NCBI GenBank assembly: GCA_947631185.1
Contig: CANRKJ010000003.1
Span: 20,839-84,838 of the forward strand
Length of the DNA stretch: 64,000 nt
Direction of reading: 5' to 3'
DNA from: an uncultured Clostridia bacterium
GTDB taxonomy: Bacteria > Bacillota > Clostridia > TANB77 > CAG-508
Part shown: positions 51,398-60,091 of the stretch, piece by piece
Position numbering within the stretch: position 1 is the stretch's first letter
Layout of the letters: each line of letters opens with the position of its first letter
Position numbers and translations under genes: made by a program
Notes under the pieces: model-generated
The model's input: only the letters and a program-made list of their open reading frames with translations
Told to the model about the DNA's origin: nothing
Databases searched by the model: none

Positions 51398-51445
51398 TTT
51401 TTTATATAATAGGAAGTTTGGATAACTTTTTTAATATATAAAAAG
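51398..51445. repeat. Palindromic intergenic repeat, copy E (degenerate)
   Basis: The left arm TTTTTTATATAATAGGAAGTT is intact. The right arm has decayed to AACTTTTTTAATATATAAAAA. The flank GTGAAAC resembles the copy C flank GCGAAAC. Confidence 0.6.
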
Positions 51446-51469
51446 CAATAGTATATTTTACTATTGCTT
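51442..51469 (-). terminator. Rho-independent terminator after sleB
   Basis: AAGCAATAGTA / TACTATTGCTT, followed on the minus strand by TTTTTATAT. Confidence 0.7.
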
Positions 51470-51503
51470 TAATATTACCAATATGTTACAGATTTGTCAA
51501 TTA

Positions 51504-52175
51504 CTATTTACAAAAGATATGTTTTCCTATTGTTACTGTTTGAGGTCTACTCCATATCCAACTCGAAGTAGCTGTATTAGGATTAAAATAATAAATACTT
51601 CCATGTGTTGGATCCCAACCATTTATTGCATCTTGTGCAGCTTTTTTTGCTGTTGAATTAGGTGTTAGATTTATCTGTCCATCTTGTACACATGTAAAAG
51701 CACCAGATTGATATACAACACCAGCAACAGTATTTGGAAATCTAGAATCTGCAACTCTATTTAACAAAACAGCACCTACTGCTACTTGTCCTTCATATGG
51801 TTCTCCTCTAGCTTCACCATATATTACTTGACTAATAAGATACAAATTACTGTTATTAGAAGTTTTATTAGAATTAGATGAACTTGTAATTCCTAAAGCT
51901 GATAAAGTATTTGTACCTACAATTCCATCAACAGTTAATCCATTTTTTTGTTGAAATTTTTTTACTGCAGAAAGTGTTTTACTTCCGAAAATACCATCAA
52001 TATTTCCATTATAATAGCCCCATTGTTTAAGTTTTGTTTGAATTTTTTTTACTTCATCACCTGTTGAACCATACCTTGATGTAGCAAAAGATGTTGTAAT
52101 AAATATAAAACTTATTATAAAAATAATTAAAAATAATATTCCAATAAATTTTTTATTTTTCATTTTTAATCTCAT
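51504..52175 (-). CDS. sleB: Spore cortex-lytic enzyme SleB (PG-binding domain plus Hydrolase_2 domain)
   Basis: PG_binding_1 (GDEVKKIQTKLKQWGYYNGNIDGIFGSKTLSAVKKFQQKNGLTVDGIVG) and SleB/CwlJ catalytic domain (YGEARGEPYEGQVAVGAVLLNRV...). The start is either ATG 52175 or ATG 52163. Confidence 0.9.
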   Translation of the reverse strand: MRLKMKNKKFIGILFLIIFIISFIFITTSFATSRYGSTGDEVKKIQTKLKQWGYYNGNIDGIFGSKTLSAVKKFQQKNGLTVDGIVGTNTLSALGITSSSNSNKTSNNSNLYLISQVIYGEARGEPYEGQVAVGAVLLNRVADSRFPNTVAGVVYQSGAFTCVQDGQINLTPNSTAKKAAQDAINGWDPTHGSIYYFNPNTATSSWIWSRPQTVTIGKHIFCK

Positions 52176-52472
52176 TCCTTCCTAAAACACAAATCGGGTT
52201 AGAAAAAAATTAAATTTTGGCTAGTAAAACAAACTTAAAATTTATGAGGCGTACTTTTTGTACGTTTACTAAATTTTAAATGAAGTTTGCCACTGAGCAA
52301 AACCAAAATTGCAATTATTTTTCAACCTTTATTCTCTTTATATTTTTATATTTATTATAGTGTCCATTTTTTTACAAATTATTCTATAGTTTCCAGCAAA
52401 CTTTTTTGTAATGATTTTGTAATAATGTAACAAAAATTTAATGTTTTTCGACCTTTTTTTATCTTTTTCTTA

Positions 52473-52501
52473 TTGAAAAAAAAAAAGATTATTATTATAA
52501 T
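52473..52501 (+). promoter_or_regulatory. Candidate sigma-A-type promoter of the repeat protein gene
   Basis: TTGAAA, 17 nt, then TATAAT. This could arise by chance in such AT-rich DNA. Confidence 0.35.
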
Positions 52502-52539
52502 ATTTTTGATAAATTATATGAATTTGAAAGGAAAAAAAT

Positions 52540-54264
52540 ATGGAATTCACAAAGGATATAAAATTTGGTAGAAAACCAATGAATAATAAATATTTAAAAC
52601 TTACATATTCAGGGAATTTATTTAAAAAAGGGTCATCTGATGTATCAATTGTGTATGGTTTTGGTGAAAATTGGGAAAAAACAAATGAACAAAAAATGCA
52701 AAAACTACCTGTTGGATTTAGAACTCATTTATTAATGGAGAATTATGATACTTTTAATTTTTGTTTTAAGAATTCTAATAATGAGTGGGATAATAATAAT
52801 GGATTTAATTACATTACACCAATTGAAAAAAATTATCATTCTTCATATGTAACGCCTACTTCAAAAGAAAAATATATTACCAATACATTAACCCCTGAAG
52901 TAATACAAAATAGTAAAAATTCTGAAGTTAATTCTAATTACAAATCATATAATGATTCTAATAATTATTCTGAAACTACTGATAGTATTTCTAATGTTTC
53001 TTCTGAAACTACAGAAAATGTTTCTAATGTTTCTTCTGAAACTACAGAGAAAGTTTCTGATGTTTCTTCTGAAACTACAGAAAATGTTTCTAGTGTTTCT
53101 TCTGAAGCTACAGAGAATGTTTCTAATGTTTCTTCTGAAACTACAGAGAATGTTTCTAATGTTTCTTCTGAAACTATAGAGAATGTTTCTGATGTTTCTT
53201 CTGATACTACAGAGAATGTTTCTGATGTTTCTTCTGATACTACAGAGAATGTTTCTGATGCTTCTTCTGAAACTATAGAGAATGTTTCTGATGTTTCTTC
53301 TGAAACTACAGAGAATGTTTCTGATGTTTCTTCTGAAACTACAGAGAATGTTTCTGATGTTTCTTCTGATACCACAGAAAATATTTCTGATAAAATAACA
53401 TTTAATAACTTAAATACTCTAATTGACAATATTATTCAAGATATTCAAGCAAAAGAATCTGAAATAAAAAAAGAAACTGAGTATACATCAGTAGATATTG
53501 GATTAGAATTAGATAATATATTTACAGAAACATTCTCAAAAAATTCATCAGTTTCTATTCAACCTAATATAAATGAAACATATTTACCTGAAACATTTTT
53601 TGATGATGTATTTGAAATAATTAATAATGATGAAAAAATAGATGAAAATGTTATAAATAAAAACACTGAAGTAAAAAATGATATTTTCGATTTTGAAAAC
53701 AAAGATTTTGATTTTGAAATTAATTCAAAAAATATAAATGTTGCTACTGACTATAGACAATTCTCAGATAGTTTTTACGATGATGAAGATTTTTCAATAC
53801 ATGATTCATTTTCAAATATACAAGAAATTGTAGATGAAACAGTAGAAAATTTAAATAAAGAAACAGCTACAAATGAAGAAACAATAGAATTAGTTGAAAA
53901 CAATGTTGAAGAATATGATAAAATTGTTGCAGAATATACTGAATATTTTGATAAGCTTATTGATGATATTGTATCTGCACCAACATCTTATTTATCAACT
54001 CCTACTTCAAATGAAGAAGTTTTTGAATCAGAAAAAACACAATTATCAGTTACTGATTCAGAAAATCTAGATATACAAAACACTGAAGAAAGCAATTCTA
54101 CAACAGACGTTACAGCTGTTAAAGATGAATATGCTTTGTATGATTATAAATCACATGGAATATTTTATTCTTTTATGCATAGATGTAAATTATTAATATC
54201 TACAATATTCCATAAACTTCCAACAATATTCGGAAGACAAACAGAAAATAATGATAATAAATAG
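52540..54264 (+). CDS. Acidic repeat protein with N-terminal CBM25/CBM53-like carbohydrate-binding module
   Basis: N-terminus YGFGENWEKTNEQKM...FNFCFKNSNNEWDNNNGFNYITPI (WDNN-type CBM signature). Then 12.7 copies of an 11-aa S/E/T/V repeat, then a D/E/N-rich tail. Confidence 0.7.
   Translation: MEFTKDIKFGRKPMNNKYLKLTYSGNLFKKGSSDVSIVYGFGENWEKTNEQKMQKLPVGFRTHLLMENYDTFNFCFKNSNNEWDNNNGFNYITPIEKNYHSSYVTPTSKEKYITNTLTPEVIQNSKNSEVNSNYKSYNDSNNYSETTDSISNVSSETTENVSNVSSETTEKVSDVSSETTENVSSVSSEATENVSNVSSETTENVSNVSSETIENVSDVSSDTTENVSDVSSDTTENVSDASSETIENVSDVSSETTENVSDVSSETTENVSDVSSDTTENISDKITFNNLNTLIDNIIQDIQAKESEIKKETEYTSVDIGLELDNIFTETFSKNSSVSIQPNINETYLPETFFDDVFEIINNDEKIDENVINKNTEVKNDIFDFENKDFDFEINSKNINVATDYRQFSDSFYDDEDFSIHDSFSNIQEIVDETVENLNKETATNEETIELVENNVEEYDKIVAEYTEYFDKLIDDIVSAPTSYLSTPTSNEEVFESEKTQLSVTDSENLDIQNTEESNSTTDVTAVKDEYALYDYKSHGIFYSFMHRCKLLISTIFHKLPTIFGRQTENNDNK
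52969..53391 (+). repeat. In-frame 33-bp tandem repeat, about 12.8 copies (SSETTENVSDV units)
   Basis: Consensus TCTGAAACTACAGAGAATGTTTCTGATGTTTCT, repeated head to tail with point variants (E/D, T/I, N/D, V/A). Confidence 0.95.
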
Positions 54265-54275
54265 TAATAACATAT

Positions 54276-54311
54276 AAAAAAGAAAGAAAATTAAAATTTT
54301 CTTTCTTTTTT
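54276..54311. terminator. Bidirectional terminator between the repeat protein gene and fhs
   Basis: AAAAAAGAAAGAAAATT / AATTTTCTTTCTTTTTT. Confidence 0.7.
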
Positions 54312-55959
54312 AAAATATTCCTACTATATTCTCATTTTCATCCAAATCAATTTTTTCTGCTGAAGGATTTTTTGGTAAACCAGGCATAGATAAGATTTTA
54401 CCAGTTTCTATAACTATAAATCCTGCACCATTTTTTATTTCTATATTTCTAATATGTATTTTGAAATTTTGTGAAATATCTAAATTTTTTGGATTATCAG
54501 AAAGAGAATATTGAGTTTTGGCTATACATATAGGTAATTTGTCTAAATCATTCTTTTTCAATCTTTCAATTTCTTCTCTAGCCTCTTTTGAAAACTCAAT
54601 TCCTTCTGCACCATATATTTTTTTTGATACTTTTAAAATTTTATCTTCTAATTCATCTTTCAATTCATAACAATATTTTAACTTAGTTTTATTATTACAT
54701 AAATTTATTACGCTATCAGCTAATTCTAAAGCACCTTCTCCACCTTTTTTCCATACATCTGCAAATTCCACTAATATACCTTTAGAACTTAACTTTTCTT
54801 TTAAATAATTTAATTCTTTCTCTGTATCTGTTGGAAATTTATTTATAGCTACAATAACATTTTGATTAAACACACTTTTTAAATTATCAACATGCTTAAA
54901 TAAATTATTCATACCTTTATCAAGACAATTTAAATTTTCATTTTTTATATCATCAATTTTTTGACCACCATGATATTTTAAAGCCCTTATTGTAGCAACA
55001 CAAACAATACAATCTGGATTAATATTTTCATTTCTACATTTAATATCTAAAAATTTTTCTGCTCCTAAATCTGATCCAAAACCAGCTTCTGTGATTACAT
55101 AATCTCCTAATCCTAAGGCTAAATTTGTTGCAATTACAGAATTACATCCATGAGCAATATTAGCAAAAGGTCCTCCATGAACAATTGCAGGAGTATGTTC
55201 TAAAGTTTGAACTAAATTTGGTTTTATAGCATCCTTTAAGGTAACTAACATAGCACCTACAACATTTAATTCTTTTGCAAATATAGGTTTATCTGAACTA
55301 TTATATCCGACTATTATATTTTCCAATCTATTTCTTAAATCAGAAATATCTTTAGATAAACAGAAAATCGCCATAATTTCTGAAGCTGCAGTAATATCAA
55401 ATCCATCAAATCTTGGAATAACATTTTTTTCATTAGATAAATTAATTTCAATTTTCCTTAATGCTCTATCATTTAAATCTATACATCTTTTAAAACATAC
55501 CTTTGCAAAATCTAATTTATTTCCATAATATATATGATTATCTATACATGAACAAAGTAAATTATTTGCAGTTTCTATTGCATGAAAATCGCCTGTAAAA
55601 TGTAAATTAATGTCTTCCATTGGTGCAATTTGTGAATATCCTCCTCCTGTAGCCCCTCCTTTTATACCAAAAACAGGTCCCATTGAAGGTTCTCTAAGTG
55701 CTAATATAGACTTTTTATTTTTTCTTCTTAATCCATCAGCTAATCCTATTGCTATAGTGGTTTTTCCTTCACCTAATGGTGTAGGATTTATAGCAGTAAC
55801 TAAAATTAGTTTTCCATTTTTATTTGATTTATTTTTTAAATCCAATTTTGCTTTATATCTTCCATATAATTCAAATTCTTTTGCATTTAATCCTAAATCT
55901 TTTGCCATGTCAGATATATCTGATAGTTTTACATTTCTAGAAATTTCTATATCATCCAT
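54310..55959 (-). CDS. fhs: Formate-tetrahydrofolate ligase
   Basis: TAINPTPLGEGKTTIAIGL and full-length FTHFS pattern. Confidence 0.96.
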   Translation of the reverse strand: MDDIEISRNVKLSDISDMAKDLGLNAKEFELYGRYKAKLDLKNKSNKNGKLILVTAINPTPLGEGKTTIAIGLADGLRRKNKKSILALREPSMGPVFGIKGGATGGGYSQIAPMEDINLHFTGDFHAIETANNLLCSCIDNHIYYGNKLDFAKVCFKRCIDLNDRALRKIEINLSNEKNVIPRFDGFDITAASEIMAIFCLSKDISDLRNRLENIIVGYNSSDKPIFAKELNVVGAMLVTLKDAIKPNLVQTLEHTPAIVHGGPFANIAHGCNSVIATNLALGLGDYVITEAGFGSDLGAEKFLDIKCRNENINPDCIVCVATIRALKYHGGQKIDDIKNENLNCLDKGMNNLFKHVDNLKSVFNQNVIVAINKFPTDTEKELNYLKEKLSSKGILVEFADVWKKGGEGALELADSVINLCNNKTKLKYCYELKDELEDKILKVSKKIYGAEGIEFSKEAREEIERLKKNDLDKLPICIAKTQYSLSDNPKNLDISQNFKIHIRNIEIKNGAGFIVIETGKILSMPGLPKNPSAEKIDLDENENIVGIF

Positions 55960-55986
55960 ATTTTCACATCCCTTACCAAAAAATTA

Positions 55987-56427
55987 TTAAAAGATTATTC
56001 CTACGATAATCCCTATAAGAGCTCCAACAAATACTTGAACAGGTGTATGTCCTAAAAACTCTACTAATTTTTCATGTACTTCTACAGAAGTTAAACCAGG
56101 TGTATCTAAAATCTTATTTAATATAGCTGCTTGTTTACCAGCAGCTCTTCTAACACCTGCTGCATCATACATAACAACACAAGCAAAAATCAATGTAATA
56201 GCAAAAATACCACTATCAAATCCATATTCTTTTCCAATCAAAACTGCCAAAGATGTAACAACAGCAGAATGCGAACTAGGCATTCCTCCAGCTCCCATAA
56301 GTCTTTTCATATTTAATTTTTTATTTATGAAAAGATCTACCAATAATTTAAAACTCTGTATACAAAGCCAAATTAAAAAAGGTATAACAACGAATTTATT
56401 ATTAATAATATGATTAAAAACTTGCAT
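55987..56427 (-). CDS. Divergent PAP2 family (DUF212/YuiD-like) membrane protein
   Basis: GGMPSSHSAVVTSLA...YDAAGVRRAAGKQA...LGHTPVQV. Confidence 0.85.
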   Translation of the reverse strand: MQVFNHIINNKFVVIPFLIWLCIQSFKLLVDLFINKKLNMKRLMGAGGMPSSHSAVVTSLAVLIGKEYGFDSGIFAITLIFACVVMYDAAGVRRAAGKQAAILNKILDTPGLTSVEVHEKLVEFLGHTPVQVFVGALIGIIVGIIF

Positions 56428-56439
56428 AATATCTGAATT

Positions 56440-56691
56440 TTATTCTTCTGGAATAAAATTCTCCTCCTTTATCTCTCCATTATTATTAATTAAAATAGAA
56501 ATTTTCTTTTCAGCATTTTCCAATTTCTCATTACATTTTTTCGAAATTATCATTCCATTTTCAAATAATTTTACAGATTCATCTAAATTCAAATTTGAAT
56601 TTTCATTTTCTAATTTATTTGTAATTTTTTCTAATTCAGCCAGTAATTCTTCAAAATCTAAATCTTCATAATTATCTTCTTTCATTTTCAA
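56440..56691 (-). CDS. xseB: Exodeoxyribonuclease VII small subunit
   Basis: FEELLAELEKITNKLENENSNLNLDESVKLFENGMIISKKCNEKLENAEKKI. Confidence 0.88.
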   Translation of the reverse strand: MKMKEDNYEDLDFEELLAELEKITNKLENENSNLNLDESVKLFENGMIISKKCNEKLENAEKKISILINNNGEIKEENFIPEE

Positions 56692-56702
56692 ATTATTCTC
56701 CT

Positions 56703-57191
56703 TTATTCTATTTCAACTGTATTGTTTGTTAAATCTACCTTATAATATATTTGTACCGAAGTTGTACTTTTATCTCTAACTGCAACAATATAATACTCTC
56801 CTTCTTTTCCTTCATTTGTGAAATACACTGAAGAATCTTCTCCCCATTCATTTTTTGCTAAATCAATAGCTTTTCCCTCTAAACCAGAGTCTTCAACATT
56901 AACACTTGTTTGTTCAGATATATCAGGAGTTTCTGGTTCTTCTATTGTATTTTCATTTTCTATTTTTGAATTAACACTATTAGTAATATTCTCTATTGCA
57001 TCCTGAACTGTACTTTCGATTTCGTTTGCATCAATATTATTAACACTATCATTTACTGTGTTATTTATAACAACATTACTAACTTTATTTTCTTCTGCAT
57101 CATTTTCATTCTTTTTATTTCCTACAACTAGAAATCCAATTAAAATAGCTACACATATAATAAATATTATAATTAATAAATACTTTTTCAT
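56703..57191 (-). CDS. Hypothetical membrane-anchored acidic protein
   Basis: MKKYLLIIIFIICVAILIGFLVV anchor, N/E/S-rich linker, then a small C-terminal beta-rich domain (EYYIVAVRDKSTTSVQIYYKVDL). Confidence 0.6.
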   Translation of the reverse strand: MKKYLLIIIFIICVAILIGFLVVGNKKNENDAEENKVSNVVINNTVNDSVNNIDANEIESTVQDAIENITNSVNSKIENENTIEEPETPDISEQTSVNVEDSGLEGKAIDLAKNEWGEDSSVYFTNEGKEGEYYIVAVRDKSTTSVQIYYKVDLTNNTVEIE

Positions 57192-57205
57192 TTGTTACCT
57201 CCAAT

Positions 57206-58387
57206 TTATAAAATTTTTGCATCTACATTTCCATCATAAAATTTTAAAACTATATTCATATCTTTTTTTAATTCTTTTTTACTAGATATTATTTTTCCAT
57301 TATATTCAGTAATTGAATATCCTCTAGTTAATGTTTTTAATGGACTTAAAGTATCTAATTTTGCAATTAACTTAGTTGACTTTAATCTATCATCTTTTAA
57401 TTTTTTTATCATACTATTCTCTAATTGTTTCAAATATCCATCTAAAACAATAGATAAATCATTTATTTTTTGATAAGGATTTTTATAAACTCTAGAATTC
57501 ATACATTTTTCATATCTAAGTCTCATAATTTCAGTTCTTTTCTTTAGAGAATTTTTCAATCTCCTTTTGTATAAATTTAAAGAATCTATTAAATCAGATA
57601 TATCAGTTACTGCTAATTCAGCAGCTGCCGAAGGTGTAGGCGCTCTTAAGTCAGAAACAAAATCTGAAATTGTAAAATCAGTTTCATGTCCTACAGCCGA
57701 TATAATTGGAATATCAGATTCATAAATTGCTCTTGCGACTACTTCTTCATTAAATGGCCATAAATCCTCTAGTGAGCCTCCTCCTCTTGCTAAAATTAAA
57801 ACATCAGCTAATTTATTTTTATTCATAAATTTTATTCCATTAGCAATTTTTTCTCCAGCACCACTCCCCTGAACAGGTATTGGAAAAAGTCTTATATAAA
57901 CATTTGGATTTCTCCTTGTAGAAACATTTATTATATCTCTAATAACTGCTCCTGTGTTTGATGTTAAAACTCCAATTATTTTTGGCATAAATGGAATTTT
58001 CTTTTTATGAGAAATTTCAAATAAACCTTCCAGCTCTAATTTTTTCTTTAATTCTTCATAAGCTTTGTATAAATCACCAATTCCATCTTCCTGCATCGAT
58101 TTACAATATATTTGATAGACTCCATCTCTTTCAAATACTGAAACACTACCAAATAATATAACCTTCATTCCATCCTTTGGAACAAAGTTTAAAGAAGCTG
58201 TATAAGTTTTAAACATTATACATTTTATAAGCGAATTTTCATCTTTAAGTGTAAAATACATATGACCTGTATAATGATGTTTGAAATTTGATATTTCTCC
58301 CTTAACTAAAACAGCTTCTAAATTTTCATCTCCTGCTATTATATTTTTAATATATTTATTTAAATCTGTTACACTTACTGGATCCAT
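57206..58387 (-). CDS. xseA: Exodeoxyribonuclease VII large subunit
   Basis: VSVTDLNKYIKNII..., OB fold, and GRGGGSLEDLWPFNEE. Confidence 0.95.
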   Translation of the reverse strand: MDPVSVTDLNKYIKNIIAGDENLEAVLVKGEISNFKHHYTGHMYFTLKDENSLIKCIMFKTYTASLNFVPKDGMKVILFGSVSVFERDGVYQIYCKSMQEDGIGDLYKAYEELKKKLELEGLFEISHKKKIPFMPKIIGVLTSNTGAVIRDIINVSTRRNPNVYIRLFPIPVQGSGAGEKIANGIKFMNKNKLADVLILARGGGSLEDLWPFNEEVVARAIYESDIPIISAVGHETDFTISDFVSDLRAPTPSAAAELAVTDISDLIDSLNLYKRRLKNSLKKRTEIMRLRYEKCMNSRVYKNPYQKINDLSIVLDGYLKQLENSMIKKLKDDRLKSTKLIAKLDTLSPLKTLTRGYSITEYNGKIISSKKELKKDMNIVLKFYDGNVDAKIL

Positions 58388-58391
58388 ATAT

Positions 58392-58814
58392 TTATTCCTT
58401 TGTTTTATCTAATTTTCTTTGTTTAACTATACTTGCAAGTATACCATTTATAAAAACAGGTGCAGAATCATCTGCATATTTTTTAGCTAATTCTACCACT
58501 TCATTTATAGCAACTTTAAATGGAATATTTTTATAAAGCATTTCATAAATAGCAATTTTTATAAGACTAATATTTATTTTTGAAATTCTATTTAAACTCC
58601 AATTATCTTTAAGATTTTCAGAAATAAGATTTTCTATTTCTTGGTTATTTTCATTTATTCCTTTTACAATATCTTTTAAATATTCTTTTGCTATTTCATT
58701 TTTTATATTATTATTTTCAATAAATAAATCTACTTGTTCTTCTGTTTTATCTTTTTGAACTTCTAAACCATATATAAGTTTAAACGCAAGTTCTCTCATC
58801 ACAGATCTTTGCAT
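58392..58814 (-). CDS. nusB: Transcription antitermination factor NusB
   Basis: [13 protein letters not shown]..., [44 protein letters not shown]. Confidence 0.93.
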   Translation of the reverse strand: MQRSVMRELAFKLIYGLEVQKDKTEEQVDLFIENNNIKNEIAKEYLKDIVKGINENNQEIENLISENLKDNWSLNRISKINISLIKIAIYEMLYKNIPFKVAINEVVELAKKYADDSAPVFINGILASIVKQRKLDKTKE

Positions 58815-58832
58815 TACAAATTCTCCTTAATC

Positions 58833-59483
58833 TTATTCATTATTTTCTTCTTCATTTAAATTTTCTTCTATTTTTTCTGTTTCATTAACAATCTCTGGAA
58901 TTATTGGTTCAACTTTTTTTTCTTCATAACTATCTTTAATTCTTCTTGATTTTTTGTTTACTATATTTTTTATTTTAACATTTACTTCAGATACATCCAA
59001 ATCAGCTGTTTGTTTTATAGCTGATTTAATTTTAGTTTGAAGTTGAGTAGAAAGTTCTTTTATTGAAACATCTTTTGTAATAGTTACTGTAACGAAAACT
59101 CTTAAATTCTGTTCCAAATCTAAATATGTTTTACTTGAAATATTTTCTGCTCCAGGAACATCTTTTGATGCATTGTAAATTAAATTATCTAAACTTTCTC
59201 TTGATATAATCAATTTTCCACTAGAATTTTCTAATACTATACCATCTTTTCCGTTTTTTGGTTTTCCTCTATTTGTAAAAAATATTTTTAAAGATATTAA
59301 TGCAAAAATAATAGAAACTATTACTGTTATTTTTCCACTTAAATCTGTTGAAAATATTTTCTTTACAAAATCTGTTAAAATATCTACATCTGCAATATCA
59401 AATCCTATAAATATAATTAAAATTGAAAAAATTAAAATTAATAATGAAAATAATTTTACAAATAAATTTTCTAAAAATCTCAT
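58833..59483 (-). CDS. Alkaline shock response membrane anchor protein AmaP-like
   Basis: Two N-terminal TM helices plus an Asp23-like fold segment. It lies directly downstream of the Asp23 gene. Confidence 0.55.
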   Translation of the reverse strand: MRFLENLFVKLFSLLILIFSILIIFIGFDIADVDILTDFVKKIFSTDLSGKITVIVSIIFALISLKIFFTNRGKPKNGKDGIVLENSSGKLIISRESLDNLIYNASKDVPGAENISSKTYLDLEQNLRVFVTVTITKDVSIKELSTQLQTKIKSAIKQTADLDVSEVNVKIKNIVNKKSRRIKDSYEEKKVEPIIPEIVNETEKIEENLNEEENNE

Positions 59484-59504
59484 AATTACTTCTCCATTTC
59501 TTTA

Positions 59505-60026
59505 TTACATTTCATCGTCAAAGCTTTCTGTTACTTCTTCTCCTTTATCTATTGGATGAACCCCCAATACATTTACATTTACCTCTGAAACCTTTAATCC
59601 AGTCATATTTTCAACTGTTTTCTTTACTCTTGATTGTATTTCAAAAGCAACATCTGGAATTCTAGCACCATAAACTACGACAATATTTACATCAATTTTT
59701 ACTGTTTTATCATCAACATCAACTTTTATTCCTTTAGAAATATTTTTCTTTCCACTCAAAGCTTCTGTTAATCCTGAAAAAGTTCCTCCTTTTCCATATA
59801 CTCCTTTTACTTCAGATACAGCTATTCCAGCATAAGTAGAAACTGCATCATTAGATATTCTTATTCCATCATTATTTTCTGTAATATCTTCTTCTGATAT
59901 TTTCTCTAATTCAGTATTTGGATCTTCATTCATTAAATCATTATTATTTGACTTTTCAACTGGATTTTCTTCTGGTTTAACATCATCCTTCTGCAAATTT
60001 TCTTCTAGATTATTTTTATCTTCCAC
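59505..60026 (-). CDS. Asp23/Gls24 family envelope stress protein
   Basis: ISNDAVSTYAGIAVSEVKGVYG...IVVVYGARIPDVAFEIQSRVKKTVENMTGLKVSEVNVNV. GTG start after AAGGAGA. Confidence 0.88.
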   Translation of the reverse strand: MEDKNNLEENLQKDDVKPEENPVEKSNNNDLMNEDPNTELEKISEEDITENNDGIRISNDAVSTYAGIAVSEVKGVYGKGGTFSGLTEALSGKKNISKGIKVDVDDKTVKIDVNIVVVYGARIPDVAFEIQSRVKKTVENMTGLKVSEVNVNVLGVHPIDKGEEVTESFDDEM

Positions 60027-60091
60027 CTAATCGTCTCCTTTATCTAATAATATTTTATAGTATATCAATATTATTATTTTTTTACAATGTT

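Noticed and set aside
52176-52330. A possible c-di-AMP (ydaO) or other riboswitch upstream of the cell-wall hydrolase gene sleB.
   Set aside because: I could not find the conserved ydaO core elements or any other riboswitch signature. Only an AT-rich imperfect hairpin is present, and that is reported separately as a structure.
52969-53391. Regular 33-bp repeats, considered as a possible CRISPR array.
   Set aside because: The repeats are head to tail with no spacers, lie in frame within a long ORF, have no palindromic repeat structure, and no cas genes are nearby.
52952-53429. ORFs 52952..53179 (+) and 52965..53429 (-) with striking periodic sequences (FLMFLLKLQ..., SEETSETFSVV...).
   Set aside because: They are alternative-frame and antisense readings of the 33-bp tandem repeat inside the 574-aa protein gene.
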